A stretch of DNA of 64,000 nt from Haliotis cracherodii (Eukaryota). The DNA lies in the NCBI RefSeq assembly GCF_022045235.1, contig NW_027266275.1:72850001-72914000 (forward strand), given 5' to 3'. The notes beneath the pieces were generated by a model that saw only the letters and a list, made by a program, of their open reading frames with translations, had not been told where the DNA came from and made no database searches. The position numbers and the translations under genes are program-made. Of this stretch, positions 47,331 to 59,388 are shown piece after piece. Numbering within the stretch: the first letter of the stretch is position 1; every line of letters starts with the position of its first letter.

Positions 47331-49826
47331 CAATAGAGGATATTTGGCTAATCTTGTTAAATGACACATTTATCTCATTAAAACTGAAGTGATGCAGTCA
47401 CAAGTAAAGTATCGACGTTTGTGTGACGAGTGGCTCAGTCATCTTCACTTATGAGTGACAGAAGACTTTACAATGGACGTTGGTTTGAATCCAAGAATCT
47501 CCCCGATTGTTGCTCGGTTTGTCAGCACCATACCTGTACTTTTGGGTTGTACCAAAGTGGTAAGCGTCCAAGTCCCAATAACATGTCTCTTATGTGTGAG
47601 TAGTTGCACCTGAACTGTTTCATCTATTCAAACATCTATCAAAATTCTGTATTTGAAATGTGGGACCATGTGTAGAGGTAATGAGTTCTAGATTGTTGTA
47701 TTACGTGGTGTCTCACTGAGACGTTAAGCTTGCAGTCATGTCCACCATGACTGCAGACAAGGGGAAATGTGTTTTGTCATGTATGATTTTATATTTTTAT
47801 TGCCAACTGTTTTTCATGGCCATATGTTTAGTTTCTAGTTCTGTTGTAACCATGGTAACATGGGATGTCTCTGACCGACCTGACTTCCTTGGGTCAGAAA
47901 CTGATATTCTTTCTGATACAGTGAGTTCCAGGAAACCAAACTTCTATGATCCGTTCACGTAAATTGTAGCTTTAAGGATCTAAAATGACTAATATATTTA
48001 TTAATATTTATAAATATTAAATTCTTGCCTATTCTTATGATTCTTGTGATGTGTTGTAAATATTTATTTTTAGTCAAAAGGACTGTATGTATGTATCATG
48101 ATGGATCTTTGAATAAAATGATTTGTAACTATGTTCGTTTTTCTTACTGATTGAGTAAAGCATGACCCGACTCTTAAAACAGGTATCAGGTACATTCAGA
48201 GTGAATGTTGCATTCATGTATGTGAAGTCTTTTTGTCTCAAGTAAGATCTCTATATAGTCTTTGGACAAAGTTGAGAGGCGATCCCATGATGCCACAAAG
48301 AAACTTATTAATATCATTATGACCTCACTGAAATCAGATCGGTAACTGTAATACATTATACCTCTCTGCGTTCAAGATCTGAGGACATGTCAAGTGAATT
48401 CTGGACAAGCAATGACTGCCGAATCTAATTGTAGGATGCTTGGTTTTTTAGCCAATAAGATGTCAGTTTTGTAAAACAATTCGGCTTCATTTCTTTACCA
48501 TCATGACTGAAATTTTGCCTTGTGCAAATGTAGACTCAAATATTCAGTGTTGACGTCATGAGCATCGATCCACGCAATTGGTATAAGATGACATGCATCA
48601 ACCATTTTAGCGAGTCTGACTACCCGATCCGGTTAGTTGTCTCTTATGACAAGCATAGTCGCCTGTTACGGCAAGCTTGGCTTGCTGAAGACCTATTCTA
48701 CCACGGATCTTCACAGGTCAGAAGGACAAGAACACAGCTGCAATGAGGTAATCTTTCGTAGTGTGTTTTAGGTGAACTGCTGGACGTGGAAGTCAGGAGG
48801 TGCTGTAGAGCTATCACACCAAGACACAAAGACCGACTTCATTAAATATAAGCAAATTTATTTAGGAAGTAATTGTCAACAAGTGAAGCATGTAACCTGT
48901 CAGCCCATACAAGGGTAACTGTAGTACAAGTCAAACGGAGGAACACAGGTCAAACACATGCCACACAATCACAGACATACATTCAACACCTGGCAGTCCA
49001 ATACAACCTTGACCAGCACTGGCAGGACTCCCTACTGTAACTAGTTCATGCACGGGACTGTCACAGCACACAACCTGGGGCAGTTGTGAACATTACGCTG
49101 CCCAAATTGTTTCCATTTGCTTTTGTCTTCAAATCAAAGTGTACACCTAGTTTCTGTGAGGAACATAATAGCATGTCTTCAACAACAGCCGTCCTGTTAT
49201 ACGAGCAGTATGCAGTGGGATCCGCATTACATAGTTTACAGTGAATTAATGCAATGTAATTACCCCACTCATGCCCAAGGGATTATACAGGTGTCGGAAT
49301 AATCTCAGTGAACCTGTGTGATACAATCAAGGGGAGTCTACCCAACAGCCTCCAAAAGGATGTAAAAATATCTTGAGCAAAGTTCGAACAACTAGAATGG
49401 CTATCTGATGTGACCGTGTTGAAATGGATACAGCTACCATGACAAGATACATCGGTATAGAGGTAAAAATATAGTCTCTACTTTCTGCGGGGTATAGTCT
49501 TAAGTCCAACTCATTGTGTGACATATCTACCATCTACTAGTTTGAAACTAGAGACCAGATAAAGGTGACTTGCCGATTGATGTCGCACCTTTAAAAAAGC
49601 ATGTACATGTTCTTCTTTTGGAGACTTTCCCAACAGATTCCAGTTCATTTCCTGCAAGTTTGAGTTAAAGTCTGGCATGTCCATTGTTCCCTCCCGGCTT
49701 AATGTTAGACAAAAAATAAATATATCTTTCCTATTTCAGACAGGCAAAAAAAGAGCAAGTAGGTAATATTTCTTTTTTGTTTTTTAATCTTTTCTTGAAA
49801 ATACAGTTATTTGCAATAAATGTGTA

Positions 49827-50419
49827 CAATCGCATTAAAATCGGATCTAAGTTCTTGCTGCCGCTAAACAAAGATCTGAGGACATCCCATTTTTGATCAC
49901 GTCAGAATGAACTTTCGCGAACTTTGACCGACCACTGAAACCACTAACAAGAAGTCGACATCAGTCAATTAAAAAGCAGCTTACTCTAGCTTTATGGCAC
50001 TCATTTCAACCTTGCAACTTCCATTTCAGACTACGCTTGAAAAATATGTTGCCACAGTTCTTGATTAAAATTTTGAAAACTGAACAAACAAACTTTCCAG
50101 AATGTCTAATATATTGTTGCGATTGTAGGGCAGTGGTTCCCATGTACTGTGCAACACCTATTCCGTTCAAATGTTTATCCCACGGAAGCGAGAGATAGAC
50201 GATAATTTCATACGGGCTGTAACTGTCGTTTGGAATACCCCGTGTTAACGTGTTCGAGGTTGCATGATTAGAAAACACATTCTGACTGTCACTTTCATGA
50301 TAGGGTTAGCGACGCTTTGATTGGTTGGATGAAAGACACACTGACGTGACCCGTAATGGGATGTCCTTAGGTCTTTGTTTAGCGATAGCGAGAACTAACA
50401 TCTGATTTTAATGAGATTG
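49827..50419. mobile_element. MULE-type MITE copy 3
   Basis: Same TIRs; 10-bp TSD taaatgtgta. Confidence 0.9.
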
Positions 50420-50623
50420 TAAATGTGTATCAATAAAGCCTTCTTTTAAATTGACATGACTTGTTTATCAATTGTGATGGTCAACACCATTACTTTGATG
50501 ATGTGAATACAGAACACCAGAATGGTATATTAAAGATTGAGAAAAGGGGTTTAGAGTTTGAGGTTCAGTGTCAATCATAAAACCACACATAGGCTGCCTC
50601 ACAACCCCCTGTCTAGATGGAGG

Positions 50624-51056
50624 CAATCTCATTAAAATCAGACCTTAGTTCTCGCTACCGCTAAACAAAGATCTGAAGACATCCCATTAGGGGTCACGTC
50701 AGAATGACCTTTCATCCGACCAATCAGAGCGTCACTTACAGATCATGAAAGTGACAGTCGGAATGTGATTTCTAATCATACAACCTCAAAAACATTAACA
50801 CGGGATATTCCGAACGATAGTTACAGGTTTAACGACTGAATCCATATAATCTAGACCATCTATTAGCCATTCCAGAATGTTCTTTTGTTCAGGTTTCAAA
50901 TTTGTAATCAAGAATTTGTCAAAATATGTTTTGAAGCGTAGTCGCCAATTTGAAATTAGTGCCGTAAAGCACAAGAAAGCTGCCTTCTGATAAGTCATTC
51001 CACTGGTCCATCAAAGTTCGCGCAAGGTCGGTCTGACATGACCTGTAATGAGATTG
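50624..51056. mobile_element. MULE-type MITE copy 4 (inverted; deletion inside the right TIR)
   Basis: 9-bp TSD agatggagg; right TIR collapsed between two taatg motifs. Confidence 0.88.
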
Positions 51057-51592
51057 AGATGGAGGCAAAGGAGATGGCCCTTACACGAGCCATAGGATAG
51101 ACTGGTTACATATCAACCATTGGGACACTACGTTGCCATGGTTACATGGAACCAAACAGTTGAATCCACTGAGAACCTTAGAATGTGAAAAATGAGAAGT
51201 AGGTTTTAATAACAGCCATATAATAGCTCTGGTGTCTGTTAGAGAGAAGCACTCATGCTACCTGTAACACCAAGCTGTCGTTGTCGTTGATATTTCCCAA
51301 GAAAATAAAAACATAGAGAATAATGCAACAACAAAGGATTTCAATTAACAACACAACCTGTTTGTAATATGATTGTCAAACATTTAAACATAAATAAACT
51401 TTCTTGTGGATTTAAGAGGCCTTGATTTCCTAGACAACAAAACCATAAACTATTGTACAAATAGTTTGAAGGAAAGCGCATCTTAAGCTAGTACATGTAG
51501 TACATTATGAATTGCCAATCTATTCTCATAACTGTCATTTCATCTTTGACAACACACGGAGGAATAAGTTAAATATATTATATTAAGCCTGA

Positions 51593-51927
51593 CACTGGCA
51601 ATATCTACGCCATGTAGCAACACTAGGGAAGTATACTGGCAATATCTACGCCATGTAGCAACACTAGGGAAGTAGACTGGCAATATCTATGCCATGTAGC
51701 AACACTAGGGAAGTAGACTGGCAATATCTACGCCATGTAGCAACACTAGGGAAGTAGACTGGCAATATCTACGCCATGTAGCAACACTAGGGAAGTAGAC
51801 TGGCAATATCTACGCCATGTAGCAACACTAGGGAAGTAGACTGGCAATATCTACGCCATGTAGCAACACCAGGGAAGTAGACTGGCAATATCTATGCGAT
51901 GTAGCAACACTAGGGAAGTAGACTGGG
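51593..51927. repeat. 41-bp minisatellite, about 8 copies
   Basis: actggcaatatctacgccatgtagcaacactagggaagtag. Confidence 0.93.
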
Positions 51928-53791
51928 AACATGATGCTTTCTCACATCGACAAGTACACACAGAGATTCACAATTTTCAGTAAAACATAGTAACAAATAT
52001 TCAAAGATAAATCTAAAAAATAGAAATAATCTTTTTTAGAAATATTGCAAAAAGTAGAAGATGAGATTTCAATACTTTGGCCCTTGTGGCAAGAAAAACA
52101 AGGAGAAGTGAGGGTCTCGGTCAGCGGCGTCAGAAGAAACTGAGTTAACGACCCCGTGAGTTTAGTGTCCCCTTCACACACCCTGTGACAGGTCGACACC
52201 CGATCATGTAAGTCAGAAGCAGCAACTGGCTGGATGCTGCTTATCCATGTGCCATCCCCAGGGCTTTGTGTCAATAATTTTCTGTCTAAACAAACGGATT
52301 AACTATGGTTACCCAAGGGTTGGTTTTTTATGAAGTTGGTCATACTACTCAACGTGTGATAGGGCTATGCTTAGTGTGGGACCTGAATGTGTGACTGGCT
52401 GCTTGGAGATGGTGTCCTACAAACAGTATCCCATATTGCCATGCATCTTGAGCATGTTCAGCTTCATGTCAAGTTAATAAAAGCAAGTGCACAAGTTGCT
52501 GTCCTCTAGTCATGTAACAGTATGTAGTTCTCCTCTCAAATGTTGAGTAGTATATAGTATTGTTATTTTCAGATGAGATACAGATATACTAACTAATTTC
52601 CTTCTGTTGAAATCAAAGTAGAAAAACCAAAAATGTAGCAATTACATCATTATTCAGTAACAATGATACCTGCTGACCTTGACCTTCCCCCCTGGACAAT
52701 GGGAGATGACCTTGCACATCCGGAGCACAGCAGGAACCAGCACACACACATTAGTACACACCAATACACACATCAATACACTTAGTACACCAGTCTACAT
52801 CTGGCAGCAACCAGCCTCAGGGTTGTCATTGGGAAGCAAGTCTTGTACAACTTTGTTACATTTTGAATGGCTAAACAAGGGAACCATTTCCACACATAGC
52901 ACTCAACATTTTGTGAATATTTGGTCCACTGATGAACAAGGTCGTACTCTGTAACAAAAGCCTTGTTCAATGTTTCCAATTGAGAGTAAGAAAAGCATTG
53001 ACCTTTTGGCAAGGTCAAGATTCACTCAAGCAACTGATACTGTGGCAAATCCTGATAGTCTACAACCCAGATACGTGGAACTTGAGTTGATCAGTAAACG
53101 TGGGTGAATCTGTTGATGAGATGATGGATGATGCTGAAATCAGGACCAATTCCGCTGTTTGTTTTCAGCCAAGATGTTCCTGTACAATGAGAGTTCGTCA
53201 GGGCAGTAGCAGGTTATAGATTCTCAGTGATGTTCAGAGCTTCTGTAAGATCAAGTTCTCACTGCTAATCAGCTGCCAATGTTCACACACAGTCAAAGGA
53301 AATCACATTTAAACAATGATGAACACACCAGATGGCTTCAGCATGCAGGCAAGCATTGCCCATACAATTCTACCAGCATCAAGGTCAAAAACATTCCCTG
53401 GTCAACAGAGTCTACAGAACTGGGGACATCACTGACAACTAACACATCATCATCACAGATGCAAAGTCAGATTTTCATGGAAGCCAAATCACTAATGCTA
53501 CATAGTCAGGGGCAACAGGACAAAAGATAGACCAGTTAGCAGTGCTTCAGATTGAAAGAGGGCCTGTTTCATTAACCCTTAAAATATCCCGAACCTCCAT
53601 TAAATGAGCAATACGTCCCCTGGCAACATATTTAATAAGCCTGCCATTTCCCCAACTAATGAGGGACTTGACCTCAGAGTAATCAAATCAACCTGAAGCG
53701 CTGCTGGATGTTTAAATCAATATTAAGTTACAGCAGTATCATACCGACAGTAACCACACATGAAGAGAATTACAAGGAAGCAGTCCAACAC

Positions 53792-54068
53792 AACGGTCAT
53801 CTGCCAGACACAGACGGTCATCTGTCAGACACAGACGGTCATCTGTCAGACACAGACGGTCATCTGTCAGACACAGACGGTCATCTGCCAAACACAGACT
53901 GCCAGACACAGACGGTCATCTGCCAGACACAGACGGTCATCTGACAGACACAGACGGTCATCTGCCAGACACAGACTGCCATACACAGACGGTCATCTGT
54001 CAGACACAGACTGTTATCTGCCAGACACAGACTGCCAGACACAGACGGTCATCTGCCAGACACAGACA
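53792..54068. repeat. 21-bp minisatellite
   Basis: cagacacagacggtcatctg(t/c). Confidence 0.9.
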
Positions 54069-54489
54069 GCCATAATTCAGCCACTCTTACAAAGTTTGGC
54101 TAGAACTCTAAATAACCATCATTATAAAAATCAAAGAAACAGGGTTGAAAGCCACAGAAAATGTCTTGGACTAGCAACCTAGCAGTTGATGTAGTTGATC
54201 AGGGCCAATAGTGTAAGTTAAAGCTCCTGCATGTATGACATAAATAAACAAGTTTTCATCCATCGCAGGGCCTATTATTACCCCAGACTGGATCACCAGA
54301 AGCTAATGACTTGTCTTCATTAACTTTTCAACACCATATACCTGTGTATGTGTTGTACTGCCACGAAACAGATAAGAAGCAGTGTTTGAAATCAAGGCTG
54401 AAATTCAAGGGATCCTTATCACAACCCTAATGTTAAAAGTTAACCATTGAGGGGGTCCCTACATTCAAACACCATAGGAGAAGATTTCC

Positions 54490-55492
54490 AGGGCCCGGGA
54501 TCCCCTTTAAAATTGAACACTGGAAAGGAATCGGGGCATTGGTCGATCTAACAGTAAACTGGTTGAATAAGGGCCAGGATCCCCTTTAACTTTGAACACT
54601 GGAAAGGAATCGAGGCATTGGCCGATCTAACAGTAAACTGGTTGAATAAGGGCCAGGATCCCCTTTAACTTTGAACACTGGAAAGGAATCGGGGCATGGG
54701 CCGATCTAACAGTAAATGGTAAACTGGTAGAATCAGGGCATTGGCCGATCTAACAGTAAACTGGTTGAATAAGGGCCAGGATCCCCTTTAACTTTGAACA
54801 CTGGAGAGGAATCAGGGCATTGGCCGATCTAACAGTAAACTGGTTGAATAAGGGCCAGGATCCCCTTTAACTTTGAACACTGGAGAGGAATCAGGGCATT
54901 GGCCGATCTAACAGTAAACTGGTTGAATAAGGGCCAGGATCACCTTTAACTTTGAACACTGGAAAGGAATCGGGGCATGGGCCGATCTAACAGTAAATGG
55001 TAAACTGGTAGAATCAGGGCATGGGACAATCTAACAGTAAACTGGTTGAATAAGGGCCAGGATCCCCTTTAACTTTGAACACTGGAGAGGAATCGGGGCA
55101 TTGGCCGATCTAACAGTAAATTGGTTGAATAAGGGCCAGGATCACCTTTAACTTTGAACACTGGAAAGGAATCAGGGCATGGGCCGATTTAACAGTAAAC
55201 TGGCAGAATTAGGGCATGGGACAATCTAACAGTAAACTGGCAGAATAAGGGCTTGGGACGATCTAACAGTAAACTGGCAGAATAAGGGCTTGAATGATCT
55301 AACAGTAAACTGGCAGAATAGAGCTTGAACCATCTAACAGTAAACTGGCAGAATAGAGCTTGAACGATCTAACAGTAAACTGGCAGAATAAGGGCTTGAA
55401 TGATCTAACAGTAAACTGGCAGAATAAGGGCTTGAATGATCTAACAGTAAAGTGGCAGAATAAGGGCTTGGGCCAATGGAAAAGTAAACTGG
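54490..55492. repeat. Composite satellite: 79-bp units grading into 36-bp units
   Basis: Shared core gatctaacagtaaactgg; 79-bp period at 54545 and 54624. Confidence 0.9.
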
Positions 55493-56293
55493 AAGAAGCC
55501 TGTCTTCCTAATGGAGGAAATATGTCTCTTACAGATAATCTGAACATAATAAGTGTGACTCAACAAAGAAGTATTTGACTTGTGCTGATAAGAAGATATG
55601 AAGAGACTGTTGACATGGGAGCAACTGAACACAACATGCATATAAACTGTCACAGACACTCAAACACTTTTCCATGCCCTCACTTTCCCATACATTTACA
55701 AATATCCCAGATCACAAAACAGCATTATATAACCATTTGCTCAAACGATGAGGTTAACTTCCCCTATGACTAAAGGTATCAGTCTGAATTCTACACTACA
55801 CATGAAGCCCATGTAATATATTACAAGCATAATCAGTAACCAACAAAATATACAAAACAATCTCCTCGACCATTTCAAATGAGTTTCTGTTATCACATAA
55901 CATTTCAAAGCCAATAATTCACATAAAATCAATTCCATAAAACGTCTGTGAAAGAGGCATTCTTGTAATCATGTGGTTGAGCATGTTAAATAAATGAAGA
56001 AAGAAAAACATCTAAAAATATATGGCTTGTAATCATGAAAACAGATACAATGGTAATGATGGACATTGACAGATGGTTATGATGTACAGCAGTATGTGTT
56101 CTGCCAATATACCAAGGCCACTACTGCACTAGCACAAACTGTTTAGCTTAGAGAAATGTTTACACTCACAGCCATTATAGCACTTAAGCAAACTTTGCTA
56201 ACAAACATTATGAAAGAATGATAATGATTATACAAAATAGTTTTCCATTTCTTGACATTTATGTTGGAGTTATGCACTGTGTGACCTTAGAAT

Positions 56294-56455
56294 GGGGCAC
56301 AGGTGGATATCCAGATATGCAACAGCATGTGGCACAGGTGAATATCCAGGTATGCAACAGCATGCGGCACAGGTGAATATCCAGGTATGCAACAGCATGT
56401 GGCACAGGTGAATATCCAGGTATGCAACAGCATATGGCACAGGTGGATCTCCAGC
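56294..56455. repeat. 35-bp repeat, about 4.5 copies, just downstream of the ASB stop
   Basis: ggcacaggtgaatatccaggtatgcaacagcatgt. Confidence 0.88.
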
Positions 56456-56465
56456 TATCAGGGCA

Positions 56466-57572
56466 TCATCTGTTGAGGAGCAGGTAGTGTTTGAGACTTG
56501 ATGGCAGTGGGAGACTGTCAACACTCTGCAAAAAGTTCTTACCATCAGACTGTTTAATAATGTGAGATCGGAGAACACACTTGCATTGATGACGGAGGGA
56601 GTGGGGTGTTTTGGATTCCATGTCCAAGAGTTCAACAATATCTTCATCAATGTCACTGTTTTGGAGCGCCATACGCACTGAACGGATCTGTGGAGGTGAT
56701 ACCCCAGCCATTAACACAAGTTTGATTATTTCCACATTCCCATGCTTGGCAGCCCAGAACAAAGGAGACTGCTCTGCGGGACAGTAGGGCCCCACGCCAC
56801 CCAGACTGCTGCCATGCACAATCAGGGTCTTGAGTATTATTGAACTCACTCTGTACATAAATGCGGCAAGAAGGGGTGTACAGTTATACTTATCCATCTT
56901 GTTGACACTAGCACCATTCGCAATAAGATACTGTACAAGATCAGGCATCTGCTGTCGTGATGCCACCCACAATGCAGTATGGCCCATGTTGTCTGCAGCA
57001 TCAATATCTGCACCTTGTGACACCAGGGTGACGACACCCTCGAGGAAGTGCATCCGACAGGACGTCACAACAGGAGGTTCAACACGACCTAAATGGTCTT
57101 TGCTGCTCATGTTCAAGTCAATATTTTTTGTCTTCTCATGGTGTCTCATAAATAAATGAAATATGTCAAAATGTCTCTTGTAGAGAGTCAAAGATAGTGG
57201 AGTAATATCTTTGATATGATAGTTCAGATCCAAATCCGGATAAGACAAAAGCAAGTTGCGAACAGATGTTAAACATCCTTCTTCAATTGCAGAAAACAAA
57301 TCATATGACAAGTAAGACTGGACATAACGGTTGGAAGTCTCAAATGTTGTTTGTGTGCTGTTTGGTGATTTGCACTGTACCTCTTTGTGCACTGCAGCTT
57401 TTGCTACAATGGTTGCCTTTGCAACTATGGCTGCGATTTGTGACATTGTGGTAGAATACATGTATAGAAGGGTCACAATAGGGCCTAACAGATTCTTGTT
57501 GGACAGACTTGGATTTACCTTTTGCCAACTCCTCTCTACAGTTTCAATGGTGTCATTTTCATTGTCCCACAT
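56466..57572 (-). CDS. Ankyrin repeat and SOCS box protein (ASB-like Cullin-5 adaptor), intronless CDS
   Basis: 368-aa ORF with ankyrin motifs (ITPLSL, GADIDAADNMGHTALWVA, GASVNKMDKYNCTPLLAA, QSPLFWAAKHGN) and a C-terminal SOCS box PHSLRHQCKCVLR...LPLPSSLKHYLL. The true start may be an internal Met. Confidence 0.9.
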   Translation of the reverse strand: MWDNENDTIETVERSWQKVNPSLSNKNLLGPIVTLLYMYSTTMSQIAAIVAKATIVAKAAVHKEVQCKSPNSTQTTFETSNRYVQSYLSYDLFSAIEEGCLTSVRNLLLSYPDLDLNYHIKDITPLSLTLYKRHFDIFHLFMRHHEKTKNIDLNMSSKDHLGRVEPPVVTSCRMHFLEGVVTLVSQGADIDAADNMGHTALWVASRQQMPDLVQYLIANGASVNKMDKYNCTPLLAAFMYRVSSIILKTLIVHGSSLGGVGPYCPAEQSPLFWAAKHGNVEIIKLVLMAGVSPPQIRSVRMALQNSDIDEDIVELLDMESKTPHSLRHQCKCVLRSHIIKQSDGKNFLQSVDSLPLPSSLKHYLLLNR

Positions 57573-59388
57573 TCATTATTTGTGGAAAAACATCATGTAA
57601 ACACAGTTTGAAACGTTTTCTTGCTGTTGTTATTGTACTTCTGTCGAGACAACTAACAGCTTGCCGATGTCATGTGTATCCCAGACGACAGTCACAGCAC
57701 AGGGTCATTCTTCCATCCTTCACGTCCAGTCTTCACTTTCTTGACTTCTGTCTATCCATTCAAACGTGAATAATACCCTCTGTTGCCAGTTTTTCCGACA
57801 GATGCAGACAAATTCGTTACAATAACATTCAATCTGGTGCAGCCACGAACAATTTTCCATCTACGATATCTCAGCTACATTCGAGCTGTCAAATGTTGAT
57901 ATTAGCCCCGGAAGTATAAAGAACGTCACCGTGCCTACTATTTTCCACAAAACCTTTACAACAAGCTACTGGTAACGGTTGTCGAATGATCACTGAATCA
58001 AAACATATAAAAACACACAATAAATTAACAAAATGCCATTCGAGGACTTAGAGAGTGTAATGCACTTGGGCCTGGAGTATAAGGTTAACGCTATTTTTCA
58101 GGCATTATCATTTGCAGAAGCCTGCGGTCTGCCATATACTGCCAGGCGTCTATACCTGCATATCGGCACAGTATGCACGTGCCTTCACTTATATTTTCTA
58201 AACAAAATAAAAACTATCTATATATTTTTTTAAGAAGTTTTTTTTGGCTGCGCATCTCCCCTATATGTGCACAGAGAAATTCCTTTTTGCATTTATAGAG
58301 TCATGGAAGGGATTTTTGGTTTAAAAGAAATGCCTTGACTTCATTTGAGATGACAATAGACAATGGAGTATTTTCATATCATGATATTATCTAAAGACTG
58401 AAGACACGCCTAGAGGTGACTTTCCTAAGCAGGAATTTCTTCAATGACTCTTTCCCATCATATCTTCCATCAAGCCAAATGAAAGGGCACCAAACTTACC
58501 AAGGGTATGATAATGAATGAAAGTTATTCCTAATTTTAAAACATCTGAATTATCACGAATGAAACAGATGCAGAAACAGCTTTTATGGCGATGCAGTGAT
58601 TGGGTGGGGACATGCCCTAACCCCCTTGTTAACTCGAGCAGTTTGGCAGCCCTAAATTTATGGTACTCACTTTGGTGCCATCGTATTTAGAGTTTGTTAC
58701 GCCCCTGAGATATACATTTCATCTCGTTACTTCATGCCCAGGTCAGAGGAGGTCAGGCACTTACTGCGCTTATACATGGGACGTGCATGCATATCCCGCT
58801 CAGACACATTATACTGACTCTGAGCCGACCAATCATGGTTTTATCCCAAGAATGCCAAACTACAAGAACCATCTTTTGGGACGACGCGGTCAGAGGATCG
58901 AACCACTGACCTAGCTTCCGCTCCACGGGCAGACGCGTTATCCACTTGACCACAGTATGTGGGAGGACCGCCAAATAAACTCTAGGACTAACTAACTAAC
59001 TAACTACAACAATAGTGATGACACTTATGATGATATTCAACAATATTATATATTTACGTATGACATTAAATGCCATTTGAAGGGTCTTGAAAGTGCTCTC
59101 GCTCATTATGAAAGCAATTTAGAAAACAAATTTGAGCGAATGTAGTCCCATGGTGTTTCAAATTTTATTTACTAATCTGATTTGTCAAGTATCATTGTCA
59201 ATGTTAGGTTCCTTTCTCATTCGGTCGTCTGCTGATTTAATACAGAGTTGTTTGGAAAATATTATTGACAAATTTCAACCAATCAGGAGCATGTATTTTC
59301 TTCTTGCGAGACTTGCATAGTTTGACAAGTGCGGCAAGGTACGAGTTTACGTTGGTTACAGGCGAAGGGTTTCTAACAGCAGATCGTT

